A stretch of 64,000 bases of DNA. Origin: a virus (Duplodnaviria > Caudoviricetes). The DNA lies in the IMG/VR virus record IMGVR_UViG_3300027708_000016, one strand, 5' to 3'. Below the pieces are notes generated by a model, which did no database searches, was not told the DNA's origin, and saw only the letters and a program-made list of their open reading frames with translations. Of the stretch, positions 57,068 to 64,000 are shown piece by piece. Each line of letters opens with the position of its first letter. The stretch's first letter is position 1. Made by a program: the position numbers and the translations under genes.

Positions 57068-57514
57068 CTAATTAAGGTGTTTTTCATTAAGAATTAAAAA
57101 AGTATATCCATTTTTTTTACACCATTGCCTAGCAGCGTCCCATTTAGCCTGATTAACTGCCCATGTGACTTTTTCGTAAAGCATGGTGGATTGCTTTTTT
57201 TTGTTAGTTATAGTTGGGGGTCTTGTTTGCTTTTCTGGTTTAACTTCAATTAATAGTTTTTGAATTTTTCCAGTTTTATCTTTTAATGTGGCTACGAGAT
57301 CAACAAAGTATTTGTGTACTTTTCCATCTTTTGGTGATTGGTATGGTATTACAACAGACTCGCTTCCCCATGTTAATATATTATTATTCTTATCCAAATA
57401 TCTCATTGAAATTAATTCAAGTTTTGATCTGTATATTATGGGTATGCTTCCTTTGTATTTTAAGGGGTTTAGTGGTTGATATATGCCCTGTGTGTAGTTT
57501 TGGTTTTTTTTCAT
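57068..57514 (-). CDS. gp4: Head completion protein (T4 gp4-like, TnsA-type nuclease fold)
   Basis: P.NP.KYKG...IIYRS.LE, WGSE...IPY.SP.DGK.H.YF.D, LIEVKP..QT, NQAKW.AA. Confidence 0.92.
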   Translation of the reverse strand: MKKNQNYTQGIYQPLNPLKYKGSIPIIYRSKLELISMRYLDKNNNILTWGSESVVIPYQSPKDGKVHKYFVDLVATLKDKTGKIQKLLIEVKPEKQTRPPTITNKKKQSTMLYEKVTWAVNQAKWDAARQWCKKNGYTFLILNEKHLN

Positions 57515-57519
57515 GGTTG

Positions 57520-57540
57520 TTCATTTGAGTCTCAAATGAA
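57520..57540. promoter_or_regulatory. 21-bp quasi-palindrome TTCATTTGAG-T-CTCAAATGAA
   Basis: Perfect 10-bp arms, 5 nt upstream of the gp4 start. Confidence 0.5.
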
Positions 57541-57580
57541 GTAGTGGTTCATTTTAAAACACTAAGATAATCAATTAAGA

Positions 57581-58510
57581 TTATCCCAAGAAAAAGTGAA
57601 TAGGATCTCTATCGATCATATCCGTTACTATTTCTTTTTCTAAATCATCTTTTTCTTTCTCGCCTTGACGTTGTAAATCTGCATAATTAACGGTTTGATT
57701 TCCAAATAAATTAGTTCCAGCATATTTTCCTCTAACGTGTCCTAGAGTTATTTTACAAAGTGCCAATGTATATCTATAAACCCATAACTGGCTTACGATA
57801 TCTTTAATTGCTTTTTGAACTCTACATCCAATTAACCCGTAATATGGTGATAATAAGAAATTTGGTTCTGGGATGATTTTTAAAATTTGATTATCTGCGT
57901 TAAATCTAAGATATGGTTTTAATGCCAAAAGTTTTTCACGGGTATCGATCCATGTTTTAAGTGCTTGCCAAGTGATAAGATCATAACCAACATTACCTAG
58001 TAAATGCCCAAAGTATGCTTGCTGTGCAATTGTATGTTCAATGGTGAAAAGTGTATTCACGCCAGAATTGTTTCCTTCTTCGTATGAAAAGACATCAATT
58101 ACCTTTCTATATTGATTCATATCATAATCCCACCCTGCGGAATTTTTTAATGCACTAGCTACAGGAGAAAATGTAGAATTGCCAGTTTGCATTGTGCTAA
58201 CCGCTGGGGTTTGCGTTGTAGAATTGTACATATCAGGTGTGATATTAATTAATTTGTCAATTCTCAACCCAACACCAGTTTGGTATAAATCTGATCTGAA
58301 GATTAGATATTCTTCGGTTGTACCTGCAAATTTTGTAAAGAATTCACATGCTAAATCGATGTTTTCATAAATTTGTTCCGCTGATAATTCAACCTGAACC
58401 AACGGCTCACCCATTACTCTTCTTATTCTTTGAGCTAAAAGATCATAAGTGGTAACCTTTGGTGAAAAGGTCATTGAACCGTGAAAACTATTTGGTAGTA
58501 CTGTATCCAT
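57581..58510 (-). CDS. gp13: Neck protein (T4 gp13-like)
   Basis: I.R.MG.P..QVEL..EQI...ID.A..FF; WV..Y..AL.K..LG....KY.G..L.G..T.N...L...G..E...LE. Confidence 0.9.
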   Translation of the reverse strand: MDTVLPNSFHGSMTFSPKVTTYDLLAQRIRRVMGEPLVQVELSAEQIYENIDLACEFFTKFAGTTEEYLIFRSDLYQTGVGLRIDKLINITPDMYNSTTQTPAVSTMQTGNSTFSPVASALKNSAGWDYDMNQYRKVIDVFSYEEGNNSGVNTLFTIEHTIAQQAYFGHLLGNVGYDLITWQALKTWIDTREKLLALKPYLRFNADNQILKIIPEPNFLLSPYYGLIGCRVQKAIKDIVSQLWVYRYTLALCKITLGHVRGKYAGTNLFGNQTVNYADLQRQGEKEKDDLEKEIVTDMIDRDPIHFFLG

Positions 58511-58539
58511 TAACAGTACTTATCTTTTTTTAATCTAGT

Positions 58540-59328
58540 TTAGATTAAAGCATCCCAAAATATTTGACTGTTATACTGTTGATATAAATCTAAACCTATG
58601 TATTCAACACAATTTGTTGTGGTTTTTTCTAATTGTGGTTTAACCTTGTGTAGGTTTGGTAAATCGGTTGCCAAGTCATTATAAACTTCTGTTTGTTGAA
58701 TTTGTTGAAAATTGTGTTCAAACTTTGGAAGTTCAAAAAAGTTATAAATTCTTTTAAGTTGTGATTTTGGATTATTACAAAATAGATTGTAATCCACAAA
58801 AAGTAAACGATCTTCATATCCTGTTATAAGTGCATCTTTTAACATTGCATGACTTAGTCCAAGGATACCATCAGGGGAAGAATAATACATTGCTCTGGCT
58901 GCAACTGTATTTGCACCGTTTAATTCGGGTGCAACTAATTTTGTTGGATTATCTTTCCTTATTCGTTCAAATGATGATAGAATCTCTGCTGGATTTCTAA
59001 CTGGGCATAAGATTTTCACTTTTTGTTGAAGTAAATTTTCCAAAAGTGGGATTTTTGAAATCCACATTCTATCTTTATCAAATATAATATCCTTTGTGGA
59101 TGTTTTGTGATAACTTTCAAGAATGCCCTTTAAAACGTTTAAACGAGCGTATTCATTGGGATATTCTCTATTTGCTTCAATATTATTCCAATTGCTTTGT
59201 ACTGCATTTAAAACTGATGCAAGTGAACTTACTGAAACACCATCAACTTTAGTATTTTGTTTTAAAATGTTTATCATCATTGTTGCACCGCTTCTTGGTA
59301 ATCCAGCAACAAAATGTAAAGTCTTCAT
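58540..59328 (-). CDS. Sulfotransferase family protein
   Basis: 5'-PAPS loop FVAGLPRSGAT, DKDR.W, 3'-PB motif VRNP.EILSSF, VDYN.FC.NP...LKRIY.F. Confidence 0.85.
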   Translation of the reverse strand: MKTLHFVAGLPRSGATMMINILKQNTKVDGVSVSSLASVLNAVQSNWNNIEANREYPNEYARLNVLKGILESYHKTSTKDIIFDKDRMWISKIPLLENLLQQKVKILCPVRNPAEILSSFERIRKDNPTKLVAPELNGANTVAARAMYYSSPDGILGLSHAMLKDALITGYEDRLLFVDYNLFCNNPKSQLKRIYNFFELPKFEHNFQQIQQTEVYNDLATDLPNLHKVKPQLEKTTTNCVEYIGLDLYQQYNSQIFWDALI

Positions 59329-59332
59329 ATGT

Positions 59333-60379
59333 TTAACTTAATAGATTTTTTGGTTTTTTCAACTTGAATTTTTTTAATAGTGCGCTTTCTATTTTTGTAA
59401 AAGTTTCTTCCCATTTACTAAATGTTTTTTGTCTAAAAATCTTAACATTATCCTCATACCAAGGACTACTATCTTTTCCATATGCCCAAATATGATATGG
59501 TAATATTGGAGTTATTACCCATGTTGGTATGCCCATTGCACCTGCTAAATGAGCAATACTTGTGCAAGAAGTTATTACTAAGTCTAAATTTTTAATAGCT
59601 GCTGCTGTGTCTTCCCATGAAATTAATAGATGTTGCAAGTCAGTAATATCATTTGGTAATTCCATCGTATCTGTATCCCTTTGGAGAGAATAAAATTGTA
59701 TATGTTTATATTTTTTAAGATCAATTAATTTATTAGGTGGAAATATCCTAAATTGTTGATGTTCAAATTTTGTATTTCCACTCCACCTAATACCAACTTT
59801 GTATTTGTTTGAATTTATTAAATTTGCCCACTGAGAAACACTTTGTTTATTTGGTTTTATATAAGGTTTATTTGGTAGGTTTTTAAAATCATAACCAAAC
59901 AACCAACAACAACTAAACGAAGGAATCCAATAGTCGTGTTTTGTAGTTTTAATATCATTATAATTCACATAACCCTTCACACCATCAACTCTCAATAGCA
60001 AACTTTTTAAACTTGGGTCACAACATATCAGGCATTTACCACCTCTGTTTTTAATATCCCGTGCAAACCTTACATGAATAATTTGATCTCCCAATCCACC
60101 TTCAAGATTTAAAATCACCGTTTTGTTTTTTAAATTTTCTTGATCCCAAATAGGTTTGTCAGTTGGTATTTTTCTATTACCATAAACATTTAAAAATCTA
60201 CCTGCTTCTAATGATTGAAACCCTTCCTGTAATTTGCCTTGGTTAATTAAAAACCATCCCCTGTTAAATTTATGTCTCAAATCGTTAGGGTCTTGTTTCT
60301 CTAATTTTTGAGAAATTTTCCATGCTTCACGAAATCTACCTCTTACCATTAAGTTAAGCTGTTGATCTATGAGATGCAT
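59333..60379 (-). CDS. TPR + GT9 (heptosyltransferase-like) glycosyltransferase
   Basis: N-terminal TPR-like helices, EGGLGDQI..VRF, FYSLQ, WEDTAAAI.NLDLVIT.CTSIAHLAGAMG; ATG at 60379 (the track used TTG at 60382). Confidence 0.85.
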   Translation of the reverse strand: MHLIDQQLNLMVRGRFREAWKISQKLEKQDPNDLRHKFNRGWFLINQGKLQEGFQSLEAGRFLNVYGNRKIPTDKPIWDQENLKNKTVILNLEGGLGDQIIHVRFARDIKNRGGKCLICCDPSLKSLLLRVDGVKGYVNYNDIKTTKHDYWIPSFSCCWLFGYDFKNLPNKPYIKPNKQSVSQWANLINSNKYKVGIRWSGNTKFEHQQFRIFPPNKLIDLKKYKHIQFYSLQRDTDTMELPNDITDLQHLLISWEDTAAAIKNLDLVITSCTSIAHLAGAMGIPTWVITPILPYHIWAYGKDSSPWYEDNVKIFRQKTFSKWEETFTKIESALLKKFKLKKPKNLLS

Positions 60380-60385
60380 CAATAT

Positions 60386-60413
60386 AGTATACTACAAAGT
60401 ATCTATTTTGCAA
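60386..60413 (-). promoter_or_regulatory. Sigma70-like promoter TTGCAA-16-TATACT for the glycosyltransferase
   Basis: ATG 6 nt after the -10 box. Confidence 0.45.
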
Positions 60414-62498
60414 TTAAATTGATAATCCACTAGTATGAGATAATCCAGCATTTACATTAAACCATTTGTTATTACCAACTATTACAGGTGAGGATTTGTT
60501 TGTGGTTGTACCATCACCCAATTGACCAGAATCATTTTTACCCCATGCATATAAAATGTCGCTTGTTATTGCTGCGGAATGTAAATTACCAGCACTTATA
60601 TTTGACCAAGATAAATTACCTATTGCTACTGGACTAGATTTATTTATTGTATTAGAGTTTCCCAACTGACCAAAATTGTTTAATCCCCATGCAAATAGAT
60701 TTCCATTTGTAAGAGTTGCCAATGTATGATTACCACCTAAACTAAGTGCCAACCAAGTATTAGTACCAATTTGAACTGGAGAAGATCTTGTTATACTGTC
60801 ATTTGTTCCCAACTGACCATAGTTGTTTGACCCCCATGTTTTTAAATGGTTATTTGTATCTATTGCTCCCGAATGATACCCACCAGCTTCTGATGTAGTC
60901 CATTTATCCGCACCAATTTGAACGGGGCTACTTACGTTAGATGTTGCACTGTTTCCTAACTGTCCTTGTTGCCCAAGCCCCCAAGCATATAAAAGATTGT
61001 TTGAATCTATTGCTATATTATGAAATTTTCCACTGTGTACTTCAGACCAAACGTTGGAATTAACCTGAATAGGGGATGATGTATTATCTGTTGAAAAATT
61101 TCCAAGTTGACCGTTTGAATTTAATCCCCATGCAAATAAAATACCATTGCTATTAATAGCAACTGTGTGTTTAAATCCTGCACTTGCATTCAACCAGTTT
61201 CCTGTTCCTATTTGAACGGGTGATGATCTATCAGAAATATCATTTGTACCAAGTTGTCCACTTTGATTATATCCCCATGTAAATAATTTATTGTCTGAAC
61301 GAATCGCAACACTATGATACCCTCCAGATTTTATCACTCTCCATGATAATGATCCGAGTTGAACTGGTAATGACTGATTGTAATTTCTACCAAGCTGTCC
61401 AAATTTATTAGATCCCCATGTTTTGAGAGAACCCGTACTGAGTATACCAGCACCATTATAACTACCAGCACCAAGTTTATTCCAATTTGAATATGTTCCA
61501 ATTTGAACTGGAGATGATCTTGTTATGAGAGTTCCGTCACCGATTTGCGCCTTTGAATTAAATCCCCAAGTAAAGAGATATCCATTGTTAATTGCTTCCG
61601 TATGATACTGTCCAGCTTTTGAAAGTGTCCAATTGGTAGATGAACCTATTTGAACAGGTGAAAATCTTGTTGTTGTTGTCTGGTCACCAAGTTGTCCATT
61701 GTTATTAAATCCCCAAGTAAACAAATATCCATCGGAACGAATGGCACTACTATGTGATGCACCAGCACCAACTTTAGACCATTGTAATGAACCAATTTGA
61801 ATTGGAAGAATTTGAAGAGTTCCTGTTCCATCGCCTAATTGTCCAAATTCATTTGAACCCCATGCCCACAAATAATTATTTGTGTCTATTGCAAGACCGT
61901 GTAAATCACCAAAACTTAAAGTTTTCCATGTGTTTGATCCAATTTGAACTGGTGAACTTTGTGAGGCTCCTGTTGGTCCGTCTTGAAATTGTGTGATACC
62001 CCATGTCCACAAAGATCCATCACTTCTTATTGCCCCAGTATGAAATGCACCACAGGTAATATCTCCCCAAGTATTTGCACCAATTTGAACTGGAGAAGAT
62101 TTATCAAGAATTGTATTATCTCCAAGTTTTCCTAAACTGTTAGATCCCCAAGAAAATAATAATCCATCAGATCTTATTGCTAGGGTATTGTCTAAACCAC
62201 ATTTAACACTTGACCATGTTTGAGATCCAATTTTAATTGGAATATTAGAACTTATAGTGGTTGAATTGCCAAGTTGACCAGCATCGTTTGATCCCCATGT
62301 CCACAGGTATCCGCTACTATCGATAGCAGCCATATGAGAACCACCTACGCTTATATCATTCCATTGAGAATTGTTTACGTTTTCTGGAAATGTGGAATCT
62401 AAATTACCCAACTGACCATAAAAATCATTACCCCACAAATACAATAATTTGTTAGAGGTGTTGACATTTGTAGTTATTTTTCTAAAAAGAAAACTCAT
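60414..62498 (-). CDS. RCC1/BLIP-II repeat protein, 14 repeats (two 7-bladed propellers)
   Basis: 14 L(W/F/Y/K)xWG.N..GQLG ... SSPVQIG repeats counted. Confidence 0.9.
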   Translation of the reverse strand: MSFLFRKITTNVNTSNKLLYLWGNDFYGQLGNLDSTFPENVNNSQWNDISVGGSHMAAIDSSGYLWTWGSNDAGQLGNSTTISSNIPIKIGSQTWSSVKCGLDNTLAIRSDGLLFSWGSNSLGKLGDNTILDKSSPVQIGANTWGDITCGAFHTGAIRSDGSLWTWGITQFQDGPTGASQSSPVQIGSNTWKTLSFGDLHGLAIDTNNYLWAWGSNEFGQLGDGTGTLQILPIQIGSLQWSKVGAGASHSSAIRSDGYLFTWGFNNNGQLGDQTTTTRFSPVQIGSSTNWTLSKAGQYHTEAINNGYLFTWGFNSKAQIGDGTLITRSSPVQIGTYSNWNKLGAGSYNGAGILSTGSLKTWGSNKFGQLGRNYNQSLPVQLGSLSWRVIKSGGYHSVAIRSDNKLFTWGYNQSGQLGTNDISDRSSPVQIGTGNWLNASAGFKHTVAINSNGILFAWGLNSNGQLGNFSTDNTSSPIQVNSNVWSEVHSGKFHNIAIDSNNLLYAWGLGQQGQLGNSATSNVSSPVQIGADKWTTSEAGGYHSGAIDTNNHLKTWGSNNYGQLGTNDSITRSSPVQIGTNTWLALSLGGNHTLATLTNGNLFAWGLNNFGQLGNSNTINKSSPVAIGNLSWSNISAGNLHSAAITSDILYAWGKNDSGQLGDGTTTNKSSPVIVGNNKWFNVNAGLSHTSGLSI

Positions 62499-62500
62499 GA

Positions 62501-64000
62501 TTAGGCATTTTGTCCAGCTAAAAATCCAAAATATGAAGTTCCACCATCGGTAGTAAAAAATGATAATGTATCAATTTTTCCATTAGTTGAAGTAATAGTT
62601 GGAACAATACCACCCGACCATTTTACCGAAGCGGGCCATGTTACAATATACTGTGAACCATTGGCAACAAATTGTAAAGTGAATGAAAAAACTTTACCTG
62701 CTGGAGGTGGGTTATTAAAGTTTACTGAAACTGTACTTGTAAGATTTGTTTTGAAAAATGTTCCACTTGCTAAATTTAAATTTAAAATATTTGATGCAAT
62801 AACAGGACTTATTAAAGTTTCTGTTATTGTTGCAAAATCAGATTCGCCAGCAACAGTTAAAGTGTTTGTATTAATTGCAGCAACTGAACTTAAATTGTTT
62901 ACATATGTATAATTTGCAGAAATAGCTATTATATTAGATCCTAAAATAAATGTATTAGAAAGTGACGTAGAATTGTTAACTCCAGCAGCAATAAACGAAT
63001 ATGATCCTGTAGAAGTATTTGAACCATAATGTGGTTGAATTGATGAGTTTGGAAAAACAACAGTATATGGTTGAATACCAGATGTTATGTTTGTATAACT
63101 ATAAACAGAATTCCAATTTGCACTAGTATTATTAACATTACTATAAACGGAAAGGTTATTTGCCGACTGACTCCCAAAAGTTGAATAAACAGAATTCCAA
63201 TTTGAACTTAAACTATTAACCTGACTATAAACAGATTTATCATTTGCACTTAATCCGTTAAGTGTCGTGTAACCAGAAAGATTGTTAGCTGACTGTGTTC
63301 CAAAAGTGCTGTAAACCGAATTCCAGTTTGTGCTTAAATTATTAACGTTGCTGTAAACAGAATTCCAATTTGAACTAACATTATTAACATTGCTGTAAAC
63401 AGAAAGATTATTTGCTGACTGACTACCGAAGGTTGAATAGACAGAATTCCAGTTTGAACTAACATTATTAACATTGCTGTAAACAGAATTCCAGTTTGTG
63501 CTTAAACTATTGACATCACTATAAACGGAAAGATTATTTGCTGATTGTGTTCCAAAAGTGCTGTAAACAGAATTCCAGTTTGTGCTTAAACTATTGACAT
63601 CACTATAAACGGAAAGATTATTTGCTGATTGTGTTCCAAAAGTACTATAAACGGAAAGATTATTTGCTGACTGAGTGCCAAAGGTTGAGTAGACAGAAAG
63701 GTTGTTTGCCGACTGACTACCAAAAGTTGAATAAACCGAATTCCAGTTTGTGCTTAAACTATTAACCTGACTATAGACAGATTTATCATTTGCACTTAAT
63801 CCATTAAGTGTCGTGTAACCAGAAACGTTATTTGCCGATTGATTACCAAAGGTGCTGTAAACGGAATTCCAGTTTGAACTAACATTATTAACATTACTAT
63901 AAACAGAAAGGTTATTTGCTGACTGTGTACCAAAAGTTGAATAGACAGAAAGGTTGTTTGCTGACTGTGTTCCAAAGGTGCTGTAAACATAATTCCAGTT
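62501..64000 (-). CDS. 5'-truncated tail fibre with heptad NWNSVYS / SANNLSVYS repeats and a C-terminal TWPASVKW domain
   Basis: Open frame from the window end (NWNYVYSTFGTQSA...) to ...VTWPASVKWSGGIVPTITSTNGKIDTLSFFTTDGGTSYFGFLAGQNA*; missed by the ORF track because its start lies outside the window. Confidence 0.9.
   Translation of the reverse strand, partial: NWNYVYSTFGTQSANNLSVYSTFGTQSANNLSVYSNVNNVSSNWNSVYSTFGNQSANNVSGYTTLNGLSANDKSVYSQVNSLSTNWNSVYSTFGSQSANNLSVYSTFGTQSANNLSVYSTFGTQSANNLSVYSDVNSLSTNWNSVYSTFGTQSANNLSVYSDVNSLSTNWNSVYSNVNNVSSNWNSVYSTFGSQSANNLSVYSNVNNVSSNWNSVYSNVNNLSTNWNSVYSTFGTQSANNLSGYTTLNGLSANDKSVYSQVNSLSSNWNSVYSTFGSQSANNLSVYSNVNNTSANWNSVYSYTNITSGIQPYTVVFPNSSIQPHYGSNTSTGSYSFIAAGVNNSTSLSNTFILGSNIIAISANYTYVNNLSSVAAINTNTLTVAGESDFATITETLISPVIASNILNLNLASGTFFKTNLTSTVSVNFNNPPPAGKVFSFTLQFVANGSQYIVTWPASVKWSGGIVPTITSTNGKIDTLSFFTTDGGTSYFGFLAGQNA
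63100..64000. repeat. Modular 21-bp-multiple repeats, including a near-identical 84-bp tandem pair and a 546-bp-offset duplication
   Basis: 63481-63564 nearly equals 63565-63648; acagatttatcatttgcacttaatcc occurs at 63231 and 63777. Confidence 0.85.

Noticed and set aside
10532-62498. Eukaryotic giant virus or baculovirus, suggested by RCC1 repeats, an RFC-like ATPase and TAAAT/TAAG motifs
   Set aside because: HK97-fold T4 gp23, gp21, gp13, gp6 and gp25 plus sigma70 promoters indicate a bacteriophage
62661-63990. Track ORFs 62661..62912(+) and 63796..63990(-)
   Set aside because: They are antisense or out-of-frame shadows of the truncated fibre gene 62501..>64000
1-64000. Alternative genetic code or stop-codon readthrough
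   Set aside because: Very long ORFs are uninterrupted in code 11, and TAA, TAG and TGA all end genes that abut the next gene
1-64000. tRNA, rRNA, introns, inteins and homing endonucleases
   Set aside because: No cloverleaf/T-loop, LAGLIDADG, GIY-YIG, HNH or Hint motifs were recognised by eye; tRNAscan-SE and Infernal would be needed to exclude them fully

Overview
AT-rich 64-kb segment of a large, divergent T4-like (myovirus-type) dsDNA phage genome, read in standard genetic code 11. About 0.4-10.3 kb is an accessory region of mostly small genes. It includes an ABC-ATPase-GNAT acetyltransferase fusion, a SemiSWEET/PQ-loop protein, a secreted Gly/Tyr-rich protein and a heme oxygenase + PcyA-type bilin reductase cassette. 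About 10.4-51.2 kb is a tail/baseplate region of very large mosaic proteins carrying VWA, S53 sedolisin + LamG, Gly-rich, GGxxN beta-helix, Cys-ladder, RCC1 and NHL/PKD domains, ending in gp6- and gp25-like genes. About 51.7-58.5 kb holds a rearranged T4-type core: clamp loader gp44, small terminase gp16, capsid gp23, scaffold gp22, a gp67-like gene, protease gp21, gp4 and neck gp13. It is followed by a sulfotransferase, a TPR-GT9 glycosyltransferase, a 14-repeat RCC1 protein and a 5'-truncated heptad-repeat fibre gene running off the window. Most genes have either a sigma70-like promoter or a TAA(A/G)TA late motif only 5-14 nt before the start codon and no Shine-Dalgarno, suggesting largely leaderless transcripts. 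All assignments come from motif recognition by eye; no database search was run, and the host cannot be determined from this window.
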